A stretch of DNA of 64,000 nt. Source: Myxococcales bacterium (GTDB lineage: Bacteria > Myxococcota_A > UBA9042 > JABWCM01 > BTVJ01). Below are positions 36,858 through 46,032 of the stretch, piece by piece. How positions within the stretch are numbered: position 1 is the first letter of the stretch; every line of letters starts with the position of its first letter. Below the pieces are notes generated by a model. It saw only the letters and a list, made by a program, of their open reading frames with translations, did no database searches and was not told where the DNA came from. Made by a program: the position numbers and the translations under genes. Where the stretch lies: positions 1 through 64,000 of the forward strand of contig BTVJ01000013.1 of NCBI GenBank assembly GCA_045863395.1. The letters run 5' to 3'.

Positions 36858-39800
36858 ATGCGCAGCGCTGCCCTAGCCCTCCTGGTCTTCCTGGTCCCGC
36901 ACCTCGCCACCGCAAACGTCCCCCCGGTGCTCTCCGTGCAGGGCGTGCTGCGAACGTCGAGCGGTGCGCCCGCTGGCGGGGACTACACCCTCGCCGTCTC
37001 CCTGTGGAGCGCGCAGAGTGGGGGCACCAAGCTCTGGGACAGCGTGGCCCCGGACGTGCCCGCGGAGGCCGGCGTCTTCGACCTCGAGCTTGGCCCGTTC
37101 AACGGGGCATCCGCATCGCTCTTTGCGACCAACGCCGACGTGTGGCTCCAGGTTGGCGTGGAGGGCGAGCCTCCGCTGCCGCGGCGCCGCGTCACCACCT
37201 CGGCCTACGCCTTCCAGGCGCGCAACGCGGACACCGCCGCCGACGTGGTGTGCACTGGCTGCGTCCAGTCCGCGGACACGGGCTTCTCCTGGGCGCAGGG
37301 CGCCTCCAAGGGCGGGGCCGCGGCGGACCTGGAGTGCAGCGGCTGCGTGCAAGGAGGCGAGCTCGCCGATGGCGCCGTATCTGGCGCCAAGATCGCCGAC
37401 GGCAGCGTGGGGAGCGCCGACCTGGGCTTTGCCTATGCGGGTTCGGCGATCAAGGGTGGCGCCGCCATGGATCTTGCCTGCTCCGGCTGCGTGGGGGGGG
37501 CCGAGCTCGAGGCGAACCTCATCTTGAGCGGCGACGTGACCGTCACGGGGAGCCTGACCGCTTGCACAACCGGCGGCACGTGCCGCCTCGGGGTCTCCGG
37601 CGCCGGCGGACTGAGCGCGGGCGGCTCTGGCTGGCTCCACCTGCTGTCTCCCGCTGGCGTCCGGGTCCGCTCCGACGACGGCTCTGCCTGGCAGCAGCTC
37701 CAGACTGGCCCACTGACTGCCACCGCAGCGACGATCCAGGGGTCCCTGACTCTGGGCACGGCCATCCTGTCCTCGCAAACGACTCTCCAGCCCTTCGTGG
37801 AGGGCGCAGCGGGGACGCGACTGCTCCTGCGAGGCACGGCGTCAGGCAAGAGCGCCGCCCTCGCCTCGGACGCGACCATCGGCTTCGAGACCCACGGCGC
37901 CGTGCGCTTGAACCACGTCGGGGCGACCGGCCTCGCCGCCGACTCGGGGGCCGCGGCGGACGAGGGGCGGGTGCGGCTGTTGGGCGGCGGGGCCAACGGG
38001 GCCGCGCTGTCCTGGCGCCCCCCGCAGGCATCGTCTCGCCCCCGCTCCCTCGCCCTGGAGACGGCCGACGGCTCCGGCGTTCTCTCGCCGCGACTCGTGG
38101 TCCTGTCCGATGGCCGCGTCGGTGTGGGCACGGAGTCCCCCGCCCAGAAGCTCGACGTGGCGGGGACCATCGCGGCCAGCGGGGAGCTGCACATCGGCGC
38201 CGGCGGCCTGCGCTACAACGCGTCGTCGGGCAAGCTGGAGTTCAGCCACGACCGCGAGACGTGGGCTGAGTTGGGGACGGGGGGCGGGAGCGGGAGCGGG
38301 GGCGGAGACGGCCCCTCGCCCTTCGGCACGGGCGGCGAGGGGGCTCTCGTGGCGGCGGGCACCGTCTACACCGACACCGTGCGCACCGCCGTCGTCGGCG
38401 CGAACCCTGCGGGCGGGGCGACACTGTCCGTGGCGAGCGCCAGCGGCTTCGCGCCGGGAGACGAGGTGCTGATCATCACGATGCAGGATGCCGCGAGCGC
38501 GGGCGCCCTGACCGGCCAGATGGACACGCGCACGGTCGCGTCGGTGAACGGCTCGCAGCTCACGTTCACCGAGCCCCTGTCGCGCACGTTCACCCAGACG
38601 TCCGCCGTGCGGCACCAGGCCATCCGCATCCCCCACTGGACCGACGTCACGGTCTCGGGGACCCTCACCTGCCACTCGTGGGACGGCTCCACCGGAGGCG
38701 TCCTCGCCTTCCGCGCCAGCGGGACCGTCTCCAAGACGGGGAGCGGGCGCATCGACGCCAGCGGCACGGGCTACCGCGGCCTGCCGACGGTCAACCTGAG
38801 CGGGCAGCAGTGGGGCGCGCTGGGCGAAGGAGTCGCGGGCGGCTACGGTCTCACGGACTACAAGCCGACCGCGGGCAACAACGGCGGCGGCGGAGGGGGC
38901 CTGAACTCCGCGGGCTCGGAGGGCGGTGGCGGGGGCGGTGGGAGCCTCGTGGTCGCTGGTGGCACGGGCAACGTCTGGTGTGGCCAGCCAGCCGGCGCGA
39001 CCCATGGCCAGCCCGGCAACACGGTGTCTCCGTCACCGAGTCGCCCCTTGATGGGCGGGGCAGGGGGGCGCGGCACCACGGGAGCCGGAGACTGCGGGAC
39101 GGTCGGCGGTGGCGGAAACGGCGGTGGAGTCGCCCTAATCTGGGCATGGTACTTCAACCCCATAGAGATTCGCTCCAACGGGGTGGCAGGCGGTTGCAGC
39201 GGCCAGAGCCTCTGCGGAGACTACGGCATCGGTGGTGGCGGCGGCGGGGCCGGCGGCTCCATCGTCGTCAAGTGCGGGAGCGGCTGCTGGAACGTCACTC
39301 CGCAGGCGACGGGCGGGGCGGGCGGCATCAGTGGCCACTGCGACTCGACCTGCGCGGCCGGTGGAATCGGCGGCAACGGGTACGTGAGCCTGACCTCTCC
39401 GCCCTCTGGCCAGGGCTCGGACCCCAACTGGGGCTCGGGCGCAGACGGGAGTGTCATCGTCAACGGGACGGTCTACACCGACGCCGTGCGCTCCCCCGTC
39501 GCCGGCAACAACGGCGCGGGTGCGATGGTGATCGGCGTCGCCAGCGCCACGGGCTTCCAGGCGGGCGACGAGGTCCTGATCATCACGATGCTCGATGGAG
39601 CTGCCAACGGCGCCCTCGTCGGCCAGTACGAGACCCGAACCCTGGCCGGAGTCAGCGGGAGCAGCCTGACCCTCACCCAGGCGCTCCAGAACACCTACAA
39701 TCAAAGCTCGACCCGCAGGCACCAGGTCATCCGCATTCCCCACTGGGAGGACGTGACCCTGGCGGGCGGCGTCCTGACGGCCCATGCGTGGGACGGAGAC

Positions 39801-40514
39801 TCGGGCGGTGTGGTCGCCTTCCGCGTCAACGGCACCCTCAGCGCAACGGGCGGCGGTCGCGTCTCCGCCGATTCCATCGGCTACCGCGGCGCCACGGGCG
39901 GCGATCTCAACGGACAGCAGTGGGGGCGCATCGGCGAGGGGGTCTCTGGTGGCTGGAACACACAGAACTACGCGCCGCCTGCGGGCAGCAACGGCGGCGG
40001 CGGGGGCGGCCTCAACTCCGCGGGCTCCGAGGGAGGTGGCGGAGGCGGCGGCAGCCTGGGCACTGCCGGAGCCTGGGGCAATGTCTGGTGCGGCAATCCC
40101 GCAGGGTCGACCCGGGGCCAGTCAGGAGCCACCGCCCAGGTCACGGCCACACGCTGGGTCATGGGGGGCGGAGGCGGCGCTGGCTCCACCGGCGCGGGAG
40201 ACTGCGGCCACGTCTACGACGCCGGCGCGGGCGGTGGCATCGTGGCAGCCTTCGTCAAGACCGTGGCGACGGTGCCCCTCCACGCCCGCGGCGCCAACGG
40301 CGGCTGTGGTGGCACGAACCTCTGCGGCGACTACGGAATCGGAGGCTCGGGCGGCGGGGCGGGCGGCACGGTCTACCTCCTGGCGGGCTCGGGCGCGGGC
40401 TCCGCGAGCATCGCCCTCGGCGGCGGCACGGGCGGCCTGGGAGGCCACTGCGACTCGACGTGCGCCTCCGCGGGAGACGGCGGCACGGGAGTCTCCATCA
40501 TCGCGGCTCCCTGA
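36858..40514 (+). CDS. Large secreted fibre/adhesin-like protein with duplicated Gly-rich C-terminal module
   Basis: GGAGG RBS, signal peptide, SVQGVLR...GVFDLELG...PRRRVTTSAYAF N-domain, three CxGC repeats, GRVGVGTESPAQKLDVAG, two modules of about 365 aa. Confidence 0.85.
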   Translation: MRSAALALLVFLVPHLATANVPPVLSVQGVLRTSSGAPAGGDYTLAVSLWSAQSGGTKLWDSVAPDVPAEAGVFDLELGPFNGASASLFATNADVWLQVGVEGEPPLPRRRVTTSAYAFQARNADTAADVVCTGCVQSADTGFSWAQGASKGGAAADLECSGCVQGGELADGAVSGAKIADGSVGSADLGFAYAGSAIKGGAAMDLACSGCVGGAELEANLILSGDVTVTGSLTACTTGGTCRLGVSGAGGLSAGGSGWLHLLSPAGVRVRSDDGSAWQQLQTGPLTATAATIQGSLTLGTAILSSQTTLQPFVEGAAGTRLLLRGTASGKSAALASDATIGFETHGAVRLNHVGATGLAADSGAAADEGRVRLLGGGANGAALSWRPPQASSRPRSLALETADGSGVLSPRLVVLSDGRVGVGTESPAQKLDVAGTIAASGELHIGAGGLRYNASSGKLEFSHDRETWAELGTGGGSGSGGGDGPSPFGTGGEGALVAAGTVYTDTVRTAVVGANPAGGATLSVASASGFAPGDEVLIITMQDAASAGALTGQMDTRTVASVNGSQLTFTEPLSRTFTQTSAVRHQAIRIPHWTDVTVSGTLTCHSWDGSTGGVLAFRASGTVSKTGSGRIDASGTGYRGLPTVNLSGQQWGALGEGVAGGYGLTDYKPTAGNNGGGGGGLNSAGSEGGGGGGGSLVVAGGTGNVWCGQPAGATHGQPGNTVSPSPSRPLMGGAGGRGTTGAGDCGTVGGGGNGGGVALIWAWYFNPIEIRSNGVAGGCSGQSLCGDYGIGGGGGGAGGSIVVKCGSGCWNVTPQATGGAGGISGHCDSTCAAGGIGGNGYVSLTSPPSGQGSDPNWGSGADGSVIVNGTVYTDAVRSPVAGNNGAGAMVIGVASATGFQAGDEVLIITMLDGAANGALVGQYETRTLAGVSGSSLTLTQALQNTYNQSSTRRHQVIRIPHWEDVTLAGGVLTAHAWDGDSGGVVAFRVNGTLSATGGGRVSADSIGYRGATGGDLNGQQWGRIGEGVSGGWNTQNYAPPAGSNGGGGGGLNSAGSEGGGGGGGSLGTAGAWGNVWCGNPAGSTRGQSGATAQVTATRWVMGGGGGAGSTGAGDCGHVYDAGAGGGIVAAFVKTVATVPLHARGANGGCGGTNLCGDYGIGGSGGGAGGTVYLLAGSGAGSASIALGGGTGGLGGHCDSTCASAGDGGTGVSIIAAP

Positions 40515-40533
40515 ATCACTCCTCGCCTGTGAC

Positions 40534-42075
40534 TCACCGCTCGCCATGGCTCTCCTTGAGCCCCAGCCGCCGCGCCGTGCGGTGCAGATTCCCCCGATCG
40601 AGCCCCAGCCGCCGCGCCGCCTCGGCCCAGTTTCCGCCGGACGACTCCACCGCCCGCAGGATCAGGTCGCGCTGGAAGGTCGCCGTGGCGTCGGCGAGCC
40701 CGAGTCCGACGAGGGGGGCCGCCACGGGCGTCTCCGGCGCTGGTGCCGCCCCGTCGAGGCCCAGGTGGCTGACGTCGATCAGGGCGTCCGCCCGCCTCCT
40801 GCCCCCCGACGCCCGCAGCGCCGCGCGCATGATGACGTGCTCCAGCTCCCGCACGTTGCCGGGCCAGGAGTAGCGAGCCAGCGCCTCCCGCGCCGCGCGT
40901 CCGAGCCGCGCCGACCCGAGCCCGAGCTGGACCCGCGCCCGGTCGAGGAACAGCCCCGCCAGGAGCGCCACGTCGCCCTCCCGCTCCCGGAGCGGCGGCA
41001 CCCGCACCGGGTACACCGACAGCCGGTGGTAGAGGTCGGCCCGGAACCGCCCGGCGGCCACCTCCACCGTCAGCTCGCGGTTGGTGGCGGCGACCACCCG
41101 CACGTCCACCCGCACGTCGCGATCCGCTCCCACGCGCTGGATCTCCCCCGACTGGAGCGCCCGCAGCAGCTTCGCCTGGATGGACGGCGCAAGCTCCCCC
41201 ACCTCGTCGAGGAACAGCGTCCCGCCATCAGCCAGCTCGAACTTGCCCGCCCTGTCCTCCACGGCCCCGGTGAAGGCCCCCCGCACGTGCCCGAACAGCT
41301 CGCTCTCGGCGATGGACTCGGGCAGCGCCGCGCAGTTGACGTAGACCAGGGCCTGACGGGACCGCCGTGAGCCGGCGTGGAGCGTGCGCGCCACCAGCTC
41401 CTTGCCGACCCCGGTCTCCCCAGTGACCAGCACCGTGAGCTCCGATGCCGCGATCACCTCCAGCTCGGCGCGCAGGGTGCGCATCGCCTCGCTCTGCCCG
41501 ACCAGCTCCCCGCCCTGCCTCAGCAACGCCGTCGTCACCAGGTGCTCCGCCACCCTCCCCTTTCGCTCCACCGCGCGCTCCAGCGCCTCGATGAGCCCGG
41601 CCGTGCGCATGGTCGCGGCGGCCAGCGCGGCGAAGGCGGCGAAGGTCCGATCAGCCACCCGGTCGAAGGCGCCGGGCTCCATGGCGTCCACCGTGAGCAC
41701 CCCCACGAGCTCGTCGCCCACGTGCAGGGAGCTGCCCATGCACGAGTGGACGTGGGTCAGGTGGTCGGGCGACGCCGACACGTAGCCGTCGTAGGGGTCC
41801 GCCCGCGGATCGTCCGCGCGGAAGCGCACAGGCTCCCGTGACGCGACGATGGCGGCGAGCCGCGGGTGCTCCGCCGGGACGAAGCGGCGCCCCAGGGTCT
41901 CCGGCGTCAGGCCCGCCACCACCACGGGGACGAGCACGCCCCCCTCGTTGCGCATGAGCGCGGACGCGTCGCAGGGCACGACGGCGCGCACGGCCGCGAG
42001 CAGCCGCTGGTAGCGCTCCTGCGTAGAGAGGCTGGCGGTCAGGTCCAGGGCGATGTCCAGCAAGGCGTCGATCAT
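40534..42075 (-). CDS. norR: NO-responsive sigma-54 activator NorR
   Basis: GAF with HPRL, DPYDG, HSCMG, LTVD iron-ligand motifs; GETGVGKE, GAFTGA, WPGNVREL; HTH; divergent from qNor. Confidence 0.96.
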   Translation of the reverse strand: MIDALLDIALDLTASLSTQERYQRLLAAVRAVVPCDASALMRNEGGVLVPVVVAGLTPETLGRRFVPAEHPRLAAIVASREPVRFRADDPRADPYDGYVSASPDHLTHVHSCMGSSLHVGDELVGVLTVDAMEPGAFDRVADRTFAAFAALAAATMRTAGLIEALERAVERKGRVAEHLVTTALLRQGGELVGQSEAMRTLRAELEVIAASELTVLVTGETGVGKELVARTLHAGSRRSRQALVYVNCAALPESIAESELFGHVRGAFTGAVEDRAGKFELADGGTLFLDEVGELAPSIQAKLLRALQSGEIQRVGADRDVRVDVRVVAATNRELTVEVAAGRFRADLYHRLSVYPVRVPPLREREGDVALLAGLFLDRARVQLGLGSARLGRAAREALARYSWPGNVRELEHVIMRAALRASGGRRRADALIDVSHLGLDGAAPAPETPVAAPLVGLGLADATATFQRDLILRAVESSGGNWAEAARRLGLDRGNLHRTARRLGLKESHGER

Positions 42076-42095
42076 TGGGGGCTCCAGTCGTGCGT

Positions 42096-42150
42096 GTGCT
42101 CTCGACAACACGTTGTCCATCGCACAACCAAACGACGATGTCAATCGGAC
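42096..42150. promoter_or_regulatory. Three NorR binding sites (GT-N7-AC)
   Basis: 42096-42106, 42115-42125 and 42140-42150. Confidence 0.8.
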
Positions 42151-42175
42151 CACACAAACATACCTGCTCGTTCTG

Positions 42176-42188
42176 AATCAACCACTTG
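42176..42188 (+). promoter_or_regulatory. IHF binding site AATCAA-CCAC-TTG
   Basis: Matches WATCAANNNNTTR, between the NorR sites and the sigma-54 promoter. Confidence 0.75.
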
Positions 42189-42194
42189 CGGCGA

Positions 42195-42210
42195 TGGCAC
42201 GGCGCCTGCT
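42195..42210 (+). promoter_or_regulatory. Sigma-54 promoter TGGCACGGCGCCTGCT
   Basis: GG-N10-GC spacing, about 65 nt before the qNor ATG. Confidence 0.85.
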
Positions 42211-42275
42211 TGGGGCCGCGCCCAACGGACTGGCGCGCCACGGTGGCCGCCCCGCACAGACGCAGGAAGTGGACG

Positions 42276-44552
42276 ATGAAGAACAAAGGACTGTGGATCG
42301 CCCTGGCCGTCGTGACGGTCGGCTCCTTCACGGTGCTCGGCCTCTTGGGGCGCGAGATCTACCGGGAGGCGCCACCCATCCCCGAGCGCGTGGTCACCGC
42401 CGATGGCGACGTGCTGTATACCCGCGCCCAGATCGACGCCGGAAAGAGCTCCTGGCAGACCATGGGCGGCCAGCAGATAGGCTCCATCTGGGGGCACGGC
42501 GCCTACCAGGCACCGGACTGGTCGGCCGACTGGCTGCACCGGGAGGCGACGGGCCTCCTCGACGTCTGGGCTCGCGCCGAGGGAGCAGACGCCTACGCCG
42601 CCCTGAGCGCCGAGCACCAGGCCGCCCTCCGCGAGCGCTTGCGGGGTGAGCTGCGCACCAACACCTATGACGCCGAGACGGGGACGCTGACGGTGTCAGC
42701 GGAGCGGGCGCAGGTCATCCGCTCGGTCGCCGCCCACTACGACGGGCTGTTCGGCAGTGACCCGGCGCTCGCGGACCTGCGGGACGCCTACGCCATCCCG
42801 CCGAACACCCTGGCCGACCCAGAGCGCCGCACGACGCTGACCGCCTTCTTCTTCTGGACGGCCTGGGCCTGCGGCACCAACCGCCCCGACGCGGACATCA
42901 CCTACACCAACAACTGGCCCGCCGAGCCGCTCATCGGCAACGCGCCCACCGAGGCGAGCGTCCTGTGGTCCATCCTCAGCGTGGTGCTCCTCCTCGCGGG
43001 AGTCGGCGCCCTGGTCTGGTACATGGCGGCCAAACGCAAGGAGGAGCCCCTGCTCCGCGTGCCTGATCGGGATCCGCTGCTCGGCCTCGTACCCACGCCG
43101 TCCATGCAGGCGACGAAGAAGTACTTCTGGACGGTCATCGGGCTCATGCTCGCCCAGGTCACCCTCGGCGGCATCACGGCCCACTACGGAGTCGAGGGCC
43201 AGGGCTTCTACGGAATTCCCCTCGCCGAGTATCTGCCCTACACGGTGGCCCGCACCTGGCACACCCAGCTCGGCATCTTCTGGATAGCGACCGCCTGGGT
43301 GGCCACGGGCCTCTACATCGCACCGGCCGTATCTGGCTACGAGCCGCCATTCCAGCGCCTGCTCGTCAATGTCCTCTACGTGTGCCTGCTCGTCATCGTC
43401 GTCGGCTCCATGGCCGGAGAGTGGCTCGCCGTCCAGCAGAAGATGGGCACCGACCTGTCGTTCTGGTTCGGTCACCAGGGATTCGAGTACGTGGACCTGG
43501 GGCGGTTCTGGCAGATCTTCCTGTTCGTCGGGCTCCTGCTCTGGCTCGTCATGGTCGGCCGCGCGCTCCTGCCGGCGCTCCGCCGCAAGGACGAGCACCG
43601 GGAGATCACGCTGCTCCTGTTCCTCTCCACCATCGCCATCGGCCTCTTCTACGGCGCCGGTCTGATGTGGGGCAAGGGCACGCACCTGGCGGTCGCCGAG
43701 TACTGGCGCTGGTGGGTGGTCCACCTCTGGGTGGAGGGCTTCTTCGAGGTCTTCGCCACGGCGGTCATCGCGTTCCTGTTCTCGCGCCTCGGGCTGGTCC
43801 GTACCTCTACGGCAACCTCCGCCGTCCTCTTCTCCACGGTGATCTTCCTCGCGGGCGGCATCATCGGCACGGCGCACCACCTCTACTTCACCGGCACGCC
43901 GGTCTCGGTGCTGGCGCTCGGCGCGGTGTTCTCGGCCCTCGAGATCGTCCCCCTCGTGCTCATCGGCTTCGAGGCCTTCGAGACCTTCCGCCACGCCTCG
44001 GCGCGCCCCTGGGTGGCCGCCTACCGCTGGCCGATCCTCTTCTTCGTGGCCGTCGCCTTCTGGAACCTGGTCGGCGCCGGAGTCTTCGGGTTCATGATCA
44101 ACCCGCCCGTCGCCCTCTACTACATGCAGGGCCTCAACACGACCGCCGTCCACGGCCACACGGCCCTCTTCGGAGTCTACGGGATGCTCGGGATCGGCCT
44201 CATGCTCTTCAGCCTGCGGGGCCTCATGAGCCGCGACGCCTGGTCCGACCGCCTGCTGCGAGTCTCCTTCTGGTCTTTCAACGGCGGCCTCGTGGCCATG
44301 GTCGTGCTGTCTCTCCTTCCCATCGGGCTCATCCAGACGAGCGCCAGCATCTCCGAGGGGCTCTGGTACGCCCGCTCGGCGGACCTCCTGCAGCAGCCGT
44401 ACATGGACACGCTGCGCTGGCTGCGGGCCCCGGGTGACGTCCTCTTCAGCGCGGGCGTGGGCGGCCTCGCAGTCTTCGCCGTCCGCCTGTGGTGGCGCTC
44501 CCGCGCCAAGAGCCGCGCCGCGGCGCCCGCCCCCGTCAGGCAGGCCGCCTGA
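42276..44552 (+). CDS. norB: Quinol-dependent nitric oxide reductase (qNor)
   Basis: GSIWGHGAYQAPDWSADWLH, YTNNWP, RTWHTQ, HLWVEGFFE, GTAHHLY, SALE, HGHTALFG. Confidence 0.97.
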   Translation: MKNKGLWIALAVVTVGSFTVLGLLGREIYREAPPIPERVVTADGDVLYTRAQIDAGKSSWQTMGGQQIGSIWGHGAYQAPDWSADWLHREATGLLDVWARAEGADAYAALSAEHQAALRERLRGELRTNTYDAETGTLTVSAERAQVIRSVAAHYDGLFGSDPALADLRDAYAIPPNTLADPERRTTLTAFFFWTAWACGTNRPDADITYTNNWPAEPLIGNAPTEASVLWSILSVVLLLAGVGALVWYMAAKRKEEPLLRVPDRDPLLGLVPTPSMQATKKYFWTVIGLMLAQVTLGGITAHYGVEGQGFYGIPLAEYLPYTVARTWHTQLGIFWIATAWVATGLYIAPAVSGYEPPFQRLLVNVLYVCLLVIVVGSMAGEWLAVQQKMGTDLSFWFGHQGFEYVDLGRFWQIFLFVGLLLWLVMVGRALLPALRRKDEHREITLLLFLSTIAIGLFYGAGLMWGKGTHLAVAEYWRWWVVHLWVEGFFEVFATAVIAFLFSRLGLVRTSTATSAVLFSTVIFLAGGIIGTAHHLYFTGTPVSVLALGAVFSALEIVPLVLIGFEAFETFRHASARPWVAAYRWPILFFVAVAFWNLVGAGVFGFMINPPVALYYMQGLNTTAVHGHTALFGVYGMLGIGLMLFSLRGLMSRDAWSDRLLRVSFWSFNGGLVAMVVLSLLPIGLIQTSASISEGLWYARSADLLQQPYMDTLRWLRAPGDVLFSAGVGGLAVFAVRLWWRSRAKSRAAAPAPVRQAA

Positions 44553-45915
44553 GCTCGGGCCGAATGATCCGCTCCTCCAGCTCCCTCCGAAATTCCTCGT
44601 AGTCGTCAGGCTCGGGGGTCACCACGATGAACCGCGTCTTCCCCTGGATCGGGTTGTGTCCCCGTGGCAGCACGCCGAGCCGCTGCTCGGCGATGTGCTC
44701 CGGGTCGGCCAGGTCTCCGAGACGCCGCGCGATCTCCTCATACGGAATCCCCGGCTCGCCGAAGTCGAACCACGGGCTGTTGGACACACCGACGGACTGC
44801 CCCGTCGCCTCCTCCGCCCAGAGCTTGACCATGGCCGCGCCAGTATTGGACGACGGCCGCAGCCCCGGGTCGTAGATCACGATGCTCCCGTCCTCCCGCT
44901 CGAAGTAGTCGCACATCACGAAGCCAAAAGAGCCGGGGCAGTGCTCTCGGATTCCCCGCACCAGATCGAGGATCGCCGGCGCCACGACGGCCAGCCTCTC
45001 CGCCGTGACGGGGTGATTGATGCTGCCCGCGTACTTCTTGCCGTCGGCCGCCACGAGCTGGTCGGTCAGCGCCACGACGGGGATGGGTGCCGCCTCGTCC
45101 TTGTCCAGGAAGATCTGGAAGCTCTTGTTGACCCCCCTGACCTCCGGCTGAATCACCACGATGGGGTTGAGCCCGTAGGCCCTGGTGCGCTCGCGAATCC
45201 CCTCCATCTCCGCACGGAACTCCTCCAGCGACGAGACGGGAAACACTCCCTCACCTGCGTTCTCCGTGTTGCACGTCTTGATGTAGACCTTGTGCCCGGG
45301 CGACCAGGCCGCGTGAAAGTCTGCGTCTCCCACGTCGAACATATCCTTCCGGACTTCGGGGGCAGCGAACCGCGACAGCAGGGTCACCGTCTCCTTGGAG
45401 TTGACCATCTGCATGTTGCGCAGCGAGTTCGCGGTGATGTCGTCCGCCCCCTCGCCGAAGTCGTCGATGGAGTAGACCGGGCGCCCGGCTCGCCTCGCCA
45501 TGGGAACAATCTCGTCCACGCCCTTGTGAATCAGCGCCTCACCGAGAAAGCCGACGCTCTGCAGGTAGGTGATGAGCGTCCTGTCGGTCCCCTCGGGCAG
45601 GTAGACGCGATTCGCGCCGGGCGTGCAGAGGTAGGCCCCGGCGGTGGGCATGATCAGGTTCATCCCGGGCCCGAGGAGCGCGCCATAGTCCTTGCGGAAG
45701 GCGCTGCGGGGATCGTTCGGGTCGGCGGTCTGGTTGAACAGCAGGTTGATGTCGTAGGGAGACACCCGCCGGCAGAGATCGGTGTAGGAGGCGCGCACGA
45801 GCTGCGCGAAGGGGTGACCGGGAGGAAACAGGGGCTCGGTGCCCCCCCGGGACGCCGCCCGCTCCGCACACCGCACGGTCTGGGCGACGGCCCCGCCGGC
45901 TCCGCTGTCGTTCAT
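44536..45915 (-). CDS. ATP-grasp fold protein (putative peptide ligase), unknown substrate
   Basis: AAGGAGG RBS; NSKE, VYIKTCNTENAGEGVF, VVIQPEV, GFVMCDYF, IYDPGLRPSSNT resemble ATP-grasp motifs. Confidence 0.6.
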   Translation of the reverse strand: MNDSGAGGAVAQTVRCAERAASRGGTEPLFPPGHPFAQLVRASYTDLCRRVSPYDINLLFNQTADPNDPRSAFRKDYGALLGPGMNLIMPTAGAYLCTPGANRVYLPEGTDRTLITYLQSVGFLGEALIHKGVDEIVPMARRAGRPVYSIDDFGEGADDITANSLRNMQMVNSKETVTLLSRFAAPEVRKDMFDVGDADFHAAWSPGHKVYIKTCNTENAGEGVFPVSSLEEFRAEMEGIRERTRAYGLNPIVVIQPEVRGVNKSFQIFLDKDEAAPIPVVALTDQLVAADGKKYAGSINHPVTAERLAVVAPAILDLVRGIREHCPGSFGFVMCDYFEREDGSIVIYDPGLRPSSNTGAAMVKLWAEEATGQSVGVSNSPWFDFGEPGIPYEEIARRLGDLADPEHIAEQRLGVLPRGHNPIQGKTRFIVVTPEPDDYEEFRRELEERIIRPELRRPA

Positions 45916-46032
45916 GCTGACCTCCTTGTGGTGTCGTGAGCCCACGAGCATACCGCAGAGAGGGAGCGATGCAACGCCTGCGAAGGGAACGCGGCGCACG
46001 TGCCCGGCGCCGGACCGTCGTCGCGCGACCGG

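Noticed and set aside
42276..44552. Nitric oxide dismutase (Nod)
   Set aside because: Canonical qNor residues HLWVEGFFE, HH, SALE and HGH are all intact
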